Assembly: GCA_036566495.1 (NCBI GenBank)
Contig: DATCWE010000049.1
Location: forward strand, 1-63,912
Source of the DNA: Gemmatimonadales bacterium
GTDB lineage: Bacteria; Gemmatimonadota; Gemmatimonadetes; Gemmatimonadales; GWC2-71-9
Length of the DNA stretch: 63,912 nucleotides
Direction of reading: 5' to 3'
The notes beneath the pieces were generated by a model. That model saw nothing but the letters and a program-made list of their open reading frames with translations. It had not been told where the DNA came from and made no database searches. The position numbers and the translations under genes are program-made. Positions 16,646 through 25,788 of this stretch are shown piece by piece (position 1 is the stretch's first letter; every line of letters begins with the position of its first letter).

Positions 16646-18061
16646 ATGACGACCCCCAATTTCCTCCGGCGCGCTCCCGCTGCCGGACTCTTGCTCGCGG
16701 CGCTGGCCTGCGGTGGCGGCCGTACCTCGGCGGGCGGAGTGACGCCCTCCACCGAACAAACCCTGACCGAGCTGTTCAACTTGCCGGCGCTGTACCAGCG
16801 CATGGGACGCCTCGCCGCCAGCGGACCGCTGCCTTTCGTCGGCAACCTCGCCTTTGTGGCGGGGCGGGGGGATTCGACCGTCGCTCGGGTCGCCCTCTCC
16901 TTTGAAAACCACGCCTTTGCCTTCTCGCGCGAGGCCCGTGCCTTTTCAACCCGCATCAGGGTCGAATACAGCTTCACGCCGATCGGCGGAGCTCCCGGGG
17001 TTCGGGTGTCCCCGGGAACCGAACCCCGAGGCGCGGGAGTCCCCGTCCAGGCCGTTCGTGACGAGGTGATCCGGGTTGAGTCCTTCCAGGAGACCCAACG
17101 AGGCGACGAGAGCGTCATCATCGAGCAGGCGTTTCTCCTCACGCCCGGCAGGTACTCTCTCTCGGTGACGGTGCGAGATCCGGGCTCCAACGCCTTTTCA
17201 CGCGCGGAGCAGGCGGTCGAGGTGCCGGCCTTCCGCCCGGGAAGTACCACGGCACCCATTCTGGTGTACCAAGCCCAGCCGAGGCAGCGCCTCACCGATT
17301 CACTCGTGATGGTGCTCAACCCGCGGGGGACCGTCGCCAACGGAGGCGGTGATTCCCTCTTGATGTATGTCGAAGGCTATCAGTTGCCGGGCCCGCGGGA
17401 GGTCCCCGTGGAAGTGCGCGACGACCGCGATAGCGTCATCTATCATGGCACCATCCAATTCCAGGGCGGGCGCCCCCTCGAGGCCCACGTCGTTCGGCTG
17501 GCGTCAGACGCCCCTCCGCTCGGCGAGCTGCGCATCGCCCTTGGCGAAGGCAGCGAAGCCAAAAAGGTGACCGCACTGGTTTCCTTCTCGCGCAGCTGGG
17601 TGGTGACCAACTACGACAACCTGCTTGCCCTGCTGCGCTTCTTTCCGTGGGCGCCGGACCGGCTCGGCGCGCTGCGCAACGCCAAGCCCGCCGACCGCCC
17701 CAGGCTCTGGCGGGAATTCTGGGCCGCCAGCGATCCGGTGCCAGAAACCGGTGAAAATGAAGCGCTCGACCAGTATTTCACGCGAATCGCCATCGCGAAC
17801 GAGCGCTTCAAGGACGAGGGAGGTCCCGGCTGGCGCACCGACCGCGGCGAGGTATTCGTGACCCTGGGCGAGCCGGATCAGGCCATGGAGACGCCCCCGG
17901 GCACCGAGCAGCGGATTGTCCAGTGGGTCTACAGCAATTATCGGGCAGTCATCAATTTCACCGGACAGTTGGGCTTTTCCCGGCTTCGCATGACACCTAC
18001 CTCCAGGGCCGAATTCTCTCGCGCCCGGGCCCAGGTAATGCGCCAGGGCAATACGCGGTGA
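16646..18061 (+). CDS. GWxTD domain-containing lipoprotein
   Basis: Lipobox LLAALACGG. GWRTDRGEVFVTLGEPD near the C-terminus matches the GWxTD signature. Confidence 0.7.
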   Translation: MTTPNFLRRAPAAGLLLAALACGGGRTSAGGVTPSTEQTLTELFNLPALYQRMGRLAASGPLPFVGNLAFVAGRGDSTVARVALSFENHAFAFSREARAFSTRIRVEYSFTPIGGAPGVRVSPGTEPRGAGVPVQAVRDEVIRVESFQETQRGDESVIIEQAFLLTPGRYSLSVTVRDPGSNAFSRAEQAVEVPAFRPGSTTAPILVYQAQPRQRLTDSLVMVLNPRGTVANGGGDSLLMYVEGYQLPGPREVPVEVRDDRDSVIYHGTIQFQGGRPLEAHVVRLASDAPPLGELRIALGEGSEAKKVTALVSFSRSWVVTNYDNLLALLRFFPWAPDRLGALRNAKPADRPRLWREFWAASDPVPETGENEALDQYFTRIAIANERFKDEGGPGWRTDRGEVFVTLGEPDQAMETPPGTEQRIVQWVYSNYRAVINFTGQLGFSRLRMTPTSRAEFSRARAQVMRQGNTR

Positions 18062-18074
18062 CCGTGATCGGCAG

Positions 18075-18116
18075 CCGGTGACCGGTCCCCGGTAACCGGT
18101 TACCGTTCACCGTCAT
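18075..18116. repeat. six tandem heptamers CCGGTNN / CCGTNNN abutting the polA ATG
   Basis: CCGGTGA CCGGTCC CCGGTAA CCGGTTA CCGTTCA CCGTCAT. The stretch contains the 16-bp palindrome CGGTAACCGGTTACCG and ends in the polA start codon. Confidence 0.7.
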
Positions 18117-20928
18117 GCCCCAACACGACCCGCCGCAGCTTTTTCTCGTCGATGGCCATGCCCTCATTTACCGCGCCTTCTTCGCGCTGATCTCGCGGCC
18201 CCTGCGGACCAGCCGGGGAGAGAACACCTCGGCGGCCTGGGGCGTCGTCAACTTCCTGCTGCGGCTGCAGACCAAATACCGGCCGGACTACCTGGTCTGG
18301 GTGCTCGATGCCGGCGATTCCTTCCGCACCCAGCGCTACTCCGAATACAAGTCCACGCGGGCCAAGCTCGGTGAGGAGTTGCAGGCTGACTTCGATCTGG
18401 CCCTGGAGCAGGTCGGCGCTTTGCTCGCCGCGTTCCGCGTGCCCGTCCTCGCGGTGCCGGGATACGAGGCCGATGACGTCATCGCCACGCTCGCGCGGCG
18501 AGAGTCTCGCGCCGGCCTCCAGGTCGTGATCGTTTCAGGCGACAAGGATTTCCACCAGCTGGTGGGTCCCGGGATAGCCTTGCTGAATCCGGGCCGGGGT
18601 GGCCCGGCCGGGGTCGAAGAGCATTGGGTGGACGAGACCAACGCCATCGAGCGGCTCGGTGTGCCGCCCCGGCAAGTACCGGACTACCTCGCGCTGGTCG
18701 GAGATACCTCCGACAATGTGCCTGGGGTGCGAGGCATCGGGGAGAAGGGCGCCGTCCAACTCTTGCAGCAATACGGTGATCTGGAGACGCTCCTCGCCAA
18801 GGCAGCCGAGCTCCCGGGGAAGCGAGCCCGCGAAGCGCTGCAGCAGTATCAGACCGAAGCCCGCCTCTCGCTCGAACTGGTCACCCTGAAGACCGATGTC
18901 CCCCTCACCCTGCAGCTCGGAACCGCCGCTACCCGGGAGCCGGATCGCAGCGCACTGCTCAAGGAGCTCACCCGGCTGGAGTTCCACACCCTCGCGAAGC
19001 GTCTGATGGAAGCCGAGGGACCCGCCGAGCCGCTGCTGCCGGAGACCCCGGGCGACGAGGTGGCCGTGGCTCCGGCCGCAGGCGCGAAGGGCTTGAAAGC
19101 CTCCCTCATCACCGCGGTCGAGCAGCTTCCGGAGCTGATCCAGACGCTGCGCGCCGCTTCGATCGTGGCACTCGATACCGAGACCAGCTCGCTCGAACCG
19201 CGGCATGCCGAGCTCATCGGGCTCTCGCTCGCCGTCACGCCCGATACGGCCTGGTATCTCCCCTTCGGGCACCGGCCGCGCGGGGGTGAGCTGGCGGCGC
19301 CCGCTCCGGTCACCAACCTGCCGGCGCTTACGGACCCGGCGTGCAGCGCTCTCGCAGAGGTGCTGCGGGATCCCCGGGTCAAGAAGGCCGGACACAACAT
19401 CAAGTACCACTGGCAGGTGCTGCGCCGGGCCGGAGTGGAGCTCGCGGGGGTGGCGTACGACTCCATGCTCGCCAGCTTCGTCCTCGATCCCGGACGCCGC
19501 TCCCACGGCATCGACACGCTTTCCCTGGACCACCTCGGCGCGCCGCTACCGAGCTACGCGGACGGGGGCGGGAAGGGGAAGCCGCAGGTTCCCTTCGCCG
19601 AAGTTGATCTCAGCGAGGCAGCGGCCTGTTGCGCCGCGGACAGCGCCGCCGTGCTGGCCCTGCGGGAGGTGTTTGCGCCGCGGCTCGCGCAGACCGCGCT
19701 GCAACCGTTACTCGACGAAATCGAGATGCCGTTGGTCCAGGTGCTCGTGGATATGGAGTGGGTGGGGATTGCGATCGATCCGCAGCTCTTCGCCCGGCTG
19801 TCGCGCGAGTTGGGCGCCGACCTGCGGCGGCTCGAAGCGGAGATCGCGCGCGTTGCCGGAGTGGCGTTCAACGTCAACAGCCCTCGGCAGCTTGCCTCGG
19901 TGCTGTTCGAGAAGCTGGAGCTGCCGGTTCTCAAGAAGACCCGGACCGGTCCTTCGACCGACGCCGACGTGCTTGAGCAGCTCGCGGAGCTGGGTCACGC
20001 GGTGCCGAAGCTGCTGCTGGAATACCGTGAGCTCGAAAAGCTCCGCTCGACCTACGTCGACACCCTGCCTGGCCGGGTCAATCCCGCCACCGGCCGCATC
20101 CATACGAGCTTCAACCAGGTGGGCGCCGCCACGGGACGGCTTTCCTCCTCCGAGCCCAACCTGCAGAACATTCCGATTCGCACGCGGCGGGGCGAGGAGA
20201 TCCGCCGCGGCTTCGTCCCCGCAGCCGGCTGGAAGTTCGTCGTAGCGGATTATTCCCAGATCGAGCTGCGCCTGATGGCGCACCTCTCGGAAGATCCGGC
20301 CTTCATCGCGGCATTTCAGGCGGGCGAAGACATCCACCGGCAGACCGCGGCGATCATTTTCGGCCTGGCGGCGGCCGACGTGACGGCGGACATGCGCGCG
20401 CGGGCTAAGACCATCAACTTCGCGACCATCTACGGACAGGGTCCCTTCGCCCTTTCCCGCCAGCTCGCGATCGGGCAGGACGAGGCCAAGGCATTCATCG
20501 CCGAATACTTCCGGCGCTTCTCCGGCGTTCGGGCATTTCTCGACCGCCAGGTGGCCCTGGCCCGGGAGCGGGGCTATGTGGAGACCCTCTTCGGCCGCCG
20601 TCGCTACATCCCGGAAGTCCGCGACCGCAACTTCAACCTGCGGGCCTTCGGCGAACGGCAAGCCCAGAACGCCCCGCTCCAGGGATCGGCCGCGGACCTC
20701 ATCAAGATCGCGATGGTGCGCCTGCACCGCGCCCTCCGCGAGGGCAAGTTCGCCGCCCGCTTGCTGCTGCAGGTACACGACGAGCTGGTGCTGGAAGCGC
20801 CCGCCGAGGAGGTAGGCCGCGTCTCGGCGCTGGTGCGGGGCCACATGGAAGGTGCCGCTCAGCTCAAGGTGCCGCTGGTGGTGGGCGTGGGCGTGGGGGA
20901 TAACTGGCTGGACGCTAAGGAGCCGTGA
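18115..20928 (+). CDS. polA: DNA polymerase I
   Basis: 937 aa. 5'-3' exonuclease N-terminus, 3'-5' exonuclease region (ALDTETSSL), and polymerase motifs DYSQIELRLMAH and QVHDELVLE. Confidence 0.97.
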   Translation: MPQHDPPQLFLVDGHALIYRAFFALISRPLRTSRGENTSAAWGVVNFLLRLQTKYRPDYLVWVLDAGDSFRTQRYSEYKSTRAKLGEELQADFDLALEQVGALLAAFRVPVLAVPGYEADDVIATLARRESRAGLQVVIVSGDKDFHQLVGPGIALLNPGRGGPAGVEEHWVDETNAIERLGVPPRQVPDYLALVGDTSDNVPGVRGIGEKGAVQLLQQYGDLETLLAKAAELPGKRAREALQQYQTEARLSLELVTLKTDVPLTLQLGTAATREPDRSALLKELTRLEFHTLAKRLMEAEGPAEPLLPETPGDEVAVAPAAGAKGLKASLITAVEQLPELIQTLRAASIVALDTETSSLEPRHAELIGLSLAVTPDTAWYLPFGHRPRGGELAAPAPVTNLPALTDPACSALAEVLRDPRVKKAGHNIKYHWQVLRRAGVELAGVAYDSMLASFVLDPGRRSHGIDTLSLDHLGAPLPSYADGGGKGKPQVPFAEVDLSEAAACCAADSAAVLALREVFAPRLAQTALQPLLDEIEMPLVQVLVDMEWVGIAIDPQLFARLSRELGADLRRLEAEIARVAGVAFNVNSPRQLASVLFEKLELPVLKKTRTGPSTDADVLEQLAELGHAVPKLLLEYRELEKLRSTYVDTLPGRVNPATGRIHTSFNQVGAATGRLSSSEPNLQNIPIRTRRGEEIRRGFVPAAGWKFVVADYSQIELRLMAHLSEDPAFIAAFQAGEDIHRQTAAIIFGLAAADVTADMRARAKTINFATIYGQGPFALSRQLAIGQDEAKAFIAEYFRRFSGVRAFLDRQVALARERGYVETLFGRRRYIPEVRDRNFNLRAFGERQAQNAPLQGSAADLIKIAMVRLHRALREGKFAARLLLQVHDELVLEAPAEEVGRVSALVRGHMEGAAQLKVPLVVGVGVGDNWLDAKEP

Positions 20929-20948
20929 ATCGTGAAGGGTTTCACCTT

Positions 20949-23237
20949 TCACCCCTCACCCTTCACCGCTCCTTTCGTCCCCGGCCACCAGTTCCAGCGG
21001 CCTGCGAGGTGCATGAAGGCCGGCACCAGTACCATGCGGATTACCGTGGCGTCGAGCAGCACCGCAATCGCCAAGCCGAAGCCGAGAAACTGGACCATCA
21101 GGACCCGCGCAAACGCAAAGGCGCCGAAGACCACGATCATGATCAGCGCCGCGGACGTAATGACCGATGCCGTCGCGCTGACCCCTTCCATCGTTGCTTC
21201 AGTGTTGCGCCCCGTCCGGTCGAATGCCTCCTTGATCCGGGAGAGCAGAAACACCTCGTAATCCATGCTCAGCCCGAAAACGACGGCGAAGACCAGGACG
21301 GGCACCGCGACGAAAATGGCCTCCGTCGGGCCGGTGAGCCCGAATTCGCGCCCGCCAACCCCATGCTGAAACACCAGCACAATCAATCCGAAGGTGGCGC
21401 TGACCGACAGGGAATTCATGATCACGGCTTTGATCGGCACCAGCACCGAGCGAAACGCCACGGCCAGCATGACGCCGGTCACTCCCAGGACCAGCAGGAT
21501 GATCATGGGAAAGCGGCCGAGCAGATCGGCCTGGAAGTCCACTGCCCCCGCCACGTAGCCTCCAACGGTCACCTTGGCGCCGGCGAGTTGTCGGATGCCT
21601 TTGCCGGCGACGATCTGTCGCACGTCCGCGACCAAGTCCATCGCGGTAGTCAAGGAAGTCGAGTCCCGCGCGATGACGTCCAGCAGCGCCATCTGCTGGT
21701 CCGTGCTCAGGTACGCATCGATCGCATCTTTGTACTTGGCCCTGGCGGCGTCGAGATCGGAGTAGAGCAGGGAATACCCCAGCAGGGATTGACCCCGTTC
21801 GAGGTCCACCAGGCTTCGCACATCGCGGACTCTGGGATCCACGCGCAGGGAATCGGAGAGCCGCCGCAGCGCCCTGAGCGAGGTGAGTTGGGTGGCCGGC
21901 TGTCCCGCCGGAAACTCGATGACCACCCGGATCGGAAAGAGGTAGCCCGATACTCCGATCTTGGTGAGCTCCTCGACTCCTTCTCCCGCTTCGGTGTGCG
22001 CCGGCCACCAATGCCGCGCCGGCAACCCGATGCGAATCCATAGCAAGGGCGCGGTGAGGATGGCCACCGCCACACTGCCCAGAATCAGCGCCCGCTTGGG
22101 GCTGCGTGAGAGAGTGCGGGCCCACTTCTCCCAGCCGCGGGGAGAGTGGTACCAGGTAAGCCTTCGTGCCAGCCAGCGCGGTCGATCGATCCCCCGACCC
22201 AGCAGCGCCAGCAAAGCGGGCAGCAACGTGGTGGACAACAGCACGGCGACGGCCACCACGACCAGGCCCGCCAATCCCACGCTCTTCGTCTCGACCAGCG
22301 GGGTCAGCACCAGGGCGGCAAAGCCGACCACCACGGTCATCCCGGAGGTTAGCACCGCCCGCCCGGCGGTGCGGATGGTCCGGGCCGCCGCTTCGCGGCG
22401 CCGGTGCCCCCGGGTTAACTCCTCCCGGAACCGGGTCACCATCAGCAAGGAGTAATCGATCCCCACCCCAAGCCCGATCATGGTCGTCAGGTTGAGGACG
22501 AAGACGGACATCGGCGTGTAGCGTGCCAGAAGGCCGATGAGGGTTAGGGAGAGCGTGACCGTGATGAACCCCACCAGCAGCGGCAGCAACGCGGCTACCA
22601 GCGCGCCGAAGGCCAGCACCAAAATGACCAGCGTCAGCGGGATCAAGCGGGCTTCCAGCCGCCGACTGTCCTCTGTGCTGACGACCCGCACATCGAGGTC
22701 CAGCGGGGAACGGCCCGTCACCCAGGCGTGATAGTCGTCCCGATGGGGCACCCGTGCGATGGCCCGACCCAAGGCGCGCCGGAATCGCACCACCAGCCTT
22801 CCCAGACTGTCCCCCGCCGGCGCGTCGACCGAGACCAGCAGAAACGTCCTGCGCCCGTCGGCGCTCAGAAAGAGCGAGTCCTTCGTGCTGGGATAGGAAA
22901 GCAGCGACCGGACGTAGGGCTCGTTGCGGAGATCGGCGGCGATCGAATCCAGGGCGGCACGAGGAAGCCCCGCCGTGAACGGCTGCGTGCTCGCGAGGGC
23001 CACGGCGAAGAACTCGCTGAAAGGTCGCGCAAACCTGGAGCTCAGCAGGCGGTCGGCCAGGGCGGCCTCGGTTTCCCGGTCCGCCCCACCCCGGACGTTG
23101 AGCAGCTCGGGCGTGTGCTTGGCGCGCACAATCCCGATGGTTCCCACCACGGCCCACAAGGCCACCACGAGCCAGCGGAATCGGACGACCAGCGCGGCGG
23201 CCTGTTCCGAGATGCCGGGGAGAGGGTCGCGCCTCAT
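20949..23237 (-). CDS. MMPL/RND-superfamily membrane transporter
   Basis: 762 aa with two blocks of about 6 TM helices separated by soluble loops. MMPL-like repeats (FGLSMDYEVFLLSRIKE, VGIDYSLLMVTRFREE). Confidence 0.8.
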   Translation of the reverse strand: MRRDPLPGISEQAAALVVRFRWLVVALWAVVGTIGIVRAKHTPELLNVRGGADRETEAALADRLLSSRFARPFSEFFAVALASTQPFTAGLPRAALDSIAADLRNEPYVRSLLSYPSTKDSLFLSADGRRTFLLVSVDAPAGDSLGRLVVRFRRALGRAIARVPHRDDYHAWVTGRSPLDLDVRVVSTEDSRRLEARLIPLTLVILVLAFGALVAALLPLLVGFITVTLSLTLIGLLARYTPMSVFVLNLTTMIGLGVGIDYSLLMVTRFREELTRGHRRREAAARTIRTAGRAVLTSGMTVVVGFAALVLTPLVETKSVGLAGLVVVAVAVLLSTTLLPALLALLGRGIDRPRWLARRLTWYHSPRGWEKWARTLSRSPKRALILGSVAVAILTAPLLWIRIGLPARHWWPAHTEAGEGVEELTKIGVSGYLFPIRVVIEFPAGQPATQLTSLRALRRLSDSLRVDPRVRDVRSLVDLERGQSLLGYSLLYSDLDAARAKYKDAIDAYLSTDQQMALLDVIARDSTSLTTAMDLVADVRQIVAGKGIRQLAGAKVTVGGYVAGAVDFQADLLGRFPMIILLVLGVTGVMLAVAFRSVLVPIKAVIMNSLSVSATFGLIVLVFQHGVGGREFGLTGPTEAIFVAVPVLVFAVVFGLSMDYEVFLLSRIKEAFDRTGRNTEATMEGVSATASVITSAALIMIVVFGAFAFARVLMVQFLGFGLAIAVLLDATVIRMVLVPAFMHLAGRWNWWPGTKGAVKGEG

Positions 23238-23375
23238 GCGAGCGCGTCGATCCCGTGCTGGAAGAGTGCAAGACTCTGCAAGCTCGAATGGTAGGCTTCC
23301 CCCCCGGTTATGCGCCAGTAACGCAATGGGGTGGCGGCGGCCTGTCGTACTGCCGCATATTCCCTGAGGACAGCT

Positions 23376-24149
23376 ATGACAAGAATTCTGCTGGGCGGGA
23401 TGGCATTCCTGTTGGGTCTCGTCGCGATCGGACGACTGCGCCGAGAGGATTCGACGCCTGCGACCGTAGTCACCGGGTCGCTCCTGCGGCCGTCCTCGCG
23501 GGGCGGATCAATCCCCTCCCCGCTGCCGGCCCCTGCTCCGGTCGTGTCGGGAACCCCCACCATCGACTTGCTCGCGCGGCTCGAGAGCAAACGTCGGGTG
23601 GCTCAGGCCGCGTCGTCTACTTACTTCGATTCCCTCCTGGCCGATACCGATTCCGTGTTGCGGCGCTGGAGCGAGGAGCGGCCCTTGCTGGTCGCGATCC
23701 GGCACGACGCAGGGCGGCCCGATACCGAGATGGGCGACCTGGTCCGCCGCGCGCTGGGGGTCTGGGAAGAGACCCGGCTCGGGGTCCGCTTCCTGATGAC
23801 CAGCGATACCAGCGAGGCCCAGCTCACTGTGCAGTCGATTGAACGCCTCGAGGGCGGACGCGCGGGCCAAACCAATCTCCGGTGGAGTGAGGCCGGCGTC
23901 ATTCGGGCGGCCACCATCCTGCTGGCCCGTAACGACAGTAGCGGGCGGCCGATTCCTGCGGCGGCTTCCCTGGCCATCGCCGTGCACGAGTTCGGTCATG
24001 CCCTGGGACTACCCCACTCCGCCAACCGGTCGGATGTGATGTTTCCGGTGAGCGGCAACGGGCGCCTGAGTCCCCGGGATCGCGCCACTGTAGAGTTGTT
24101 GTATCAACTACCACTAGGTACTCTACGCGAACCGGCGAAGCCGGATTGA
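23376..24149 (+). CDS. matrixin-like (M10) zinc metalloprotease, membrane-anchored
   Basis: N-terminal TM (ILLGGMAFLLGLVAI) and the zinc motif HEFGHALGLPHS, followed by a Met-turn-like DVMF. Confidence 0.75.
   Translation: MTRILLGGMAFLLGLVAIGRLRREDSTPATVVTGSLLRPSSRGGSIPSPLPAPAPVVSGTPTIDLLARLESKRRVAQAASSTYFDSLLADTDSVLRRWSEERPLLVAIRHDAGRPDTEMGDLVRRALGVWEETRLGVRFLMTSDTSEAQLTVQSIERLEGGRAGQTNLRWSEAGVIRAATILLARNDSSGRPIPAAASLAIAVHEFGHALGLPHSANRSDVMFPVSGNGRLSPRDRATVELLYQLPLGTLREPAKPD
24093..24110. promoter_or_regulatory. palindromic motif copy D (GAGTTGT-TGTA-TCAACTA)
   Basis: 12/14 match to TAGTTGT-N4-ACAACTA. It is nested inside the outer inverted repeat GTAGAGT (24090-24096) / ACTCTAC (24120-24126). 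It sits in the matrixin 3' codons, 86 nt upstream of the next ATG. Confidence 0.45.
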
Positions 24150-24195
24150 GCCGCCGCCCGCTCCACGGCTCAACGAGTGCATCTGAGGAGGACCC

Positions 24196-24501
24196 ATGCC
24201 AACGGAATTGACGCCGGAGATGATTCGCAAAGCACTGCGAGCGGTTAAGGACCCGGAGCTCGGGCTCAATATCGTGGATATCGGGCTCATCTACGACACG
24301 GCGGTCAATGAGGCTGGCGAAGTCAGGGTTACCATGACCCTTACCTCACCGGGTTGTCCGTCGGGAGCCGAAATAATGCAAGACGCCCGCACGGTCCTGG
24401 GGGACCTTGAGGGCGTCAGCAAAGTGGACATCGACCTGGTCTGGGAGCCGTATTGGACTCCAGAACGGATGGATCCGCGGGTGCGGGCCTTCCTGGGCTA
24501 G
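24196..24501 (+). CDS. DUF59/SufT-like Fe-S cluster assembly protein
   Basis: VKDPELGLNIVDIGLIY...LTSPGCP...VWEPYWTPERM is typical of the MIP18/SufT family. GAGGAGG Shine-Dalgarno 5 nt upstream. Confidence 0.85.
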   Translation: MPTELTPEMIRKALRAVKDPELGLNIVDIGLIYDTAVNEAGEVRVTMTLTSPGCPSGAEIMQDARTVLGDLEGVSKVDIDLVWEPYWTPERMDPRVRAFLG

Positions 24502-25788
24502 CTATCGCTCGATCAGGTCCTTTAAGAGGGTCTTGACGCGTTCGTCTTCCATACGCCCCATCCGATTGATCAGCGAGCGGCGCACCGACGGATCCGTTTC
24601 GGTGCGCGCAATGCGCAGCAGAATGTCGATCGCGGCGCGATCGCCATTCTTGAGCAACGCATTGATTGCCGATTCCTTGCTGCGCCGGTCCGGGGCCTGA
24701 TCGTACAGCTTGCCCAGTTGTGCCGTCGAGGCGCCGGCCCGTTGGGCCGACTCCACGGCGTGCGCCCGGAGCTCCGGAGCTTCGGCGCTCTCCCCCGCGA
24801 TGCCGAGTAGCCACTGCAGGTTGGCGCTGCCGCCCTGCTCCCCCATGACTGAGAGCACCGCTTGTTTCGCAGTGAGCGAGCCCAGGCCTGCGTAGCGGGA
24901 GCGGAGCAGTTCGAGATCGCGCGCGGTGGCGTAGTCGCGGCCCAGGCCGCGAATCACCGAGGTGCGCAACGGTTCCGGCAACGCGGGGTCCTGAAATGCG
25001 CTGCGCAAATACTCGCGGGCTCGAGGATCCCCCGAATTGGCGAGGGCTTGAATGGCAGCCTGCCTCAGCCAGCTGTCGCTGCCGTTGGCCATGCGCGTCA
25101 GGGCGGACAGATCCGCCCGCTCCGAGCGCGCCAGCACGGAGACCGCCTGCTGGCGGATGGGCAGGGTCTCCTCGCTGTCGCTCGCGAGGGTGATCAGCGC
25201 CGCCGAGGCCTTACGGGCATCCTCGCCGCTCATCCGGTCGAGCTCGCGGCCCAGCCATCCCATCGCACTCTGTCGTACCGAACGAGACAGGGCGCCGTTG
25301 CGGGAAAGCGCCAGCAGCCCGGCCCAAACGGTAGCGCTGTCGGCGAGCACGGCAGGGAGGATCGCCTCGCGGCCCGGCCGTCCATCCGCGCGTGCGGCGA
25401 GGTCGAGCAGGTACTCGGCCGCCGCGCTTGCCGCTACTGCGCCGAGATCGGTGGTACCCTCCGGCGTGGATTCCGGCGCAATCTCGGCGTCCACACCCAC
25501 GACCTGCCCGCCAGCCCGGGTCACCCGTACGACCACGGGCCCGCGACGACACTCGCGCTCCATTCCGTCGAACCGGTTCGAACTACCGGTCGAGATATAG
25601 GTGGAACGGCCGATGGAGATGGAATTGCCCATTCCGCAAACGTCGGCCCGGGCCGTGTAGCGGAACTGCACTCGACCATCCCCGGCGCCTTCGACCTTCG
25701 ATCGCAATCCGCCTTGTCCCATCAAGGTCGCCGCTCCGCCTCCGAGCGCGGCGACCGCCAGCCCGAGGCCCCACCCCCGGGCGCTCAC
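24502..25788 (-). CDS. HEAT-repeat protein, secreted/periplasmic
   Basis: Signal peptide, then repeated helical DP..R..A...L units. The GTG start overlaps the upstream paralogue's stop (GTGA). Confidence 0.7.
   Translation of the reverse strand: MSARGWGLGLAVAALGGGAATLMGQGGLRSKVEGAGDGRVQFRYTARADVCGMGNSISIGRSTYISTGSSNRFDGMERECRRGPVVVRVTRAGGQVVGVDAEIAPESTPEGTTDLGAVAASAAAEYLLDLAARADGRPGREAILPAVLADSATVWAGLLALSRNGALSRSVRQSAMGWLGRELDRMSGEDARKASAALITLASDSEETLPIRQQAVSVLARSERADLSALTRMANGSDSWLRQAAIQALANSGDPRAREYLRSAFQDPALPEPLRTSVIRGLGRDYATARDLELLRSRYAGLGSLTAKQAVLSVMGEQGGSANLQWLLGIAGESAEAPELRAHAVESAQRAGASTAQLGKLYDQAPDRRSKESAINALLKNGDRAAIDILLRIARTETDPSVRRSLINRMGRMEDERVKTLLKDLIER

Noticed and set aside
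19708-20952. 414-aa minus-strand ORF antisense to the polA 3' half.
   Set aside because: The polA polymerase motifs occupy the plus strand. The antisense ORF is low complexity.
21199-23271. 690-aa ORF on the same strand as the MMPL transporter but in another frame.
   Set aside because: Its product is an Arg/Gly/Pro-rich string with no TM helices. The 20949-23237 frame gives a coherent 12-TM MMPL protein.
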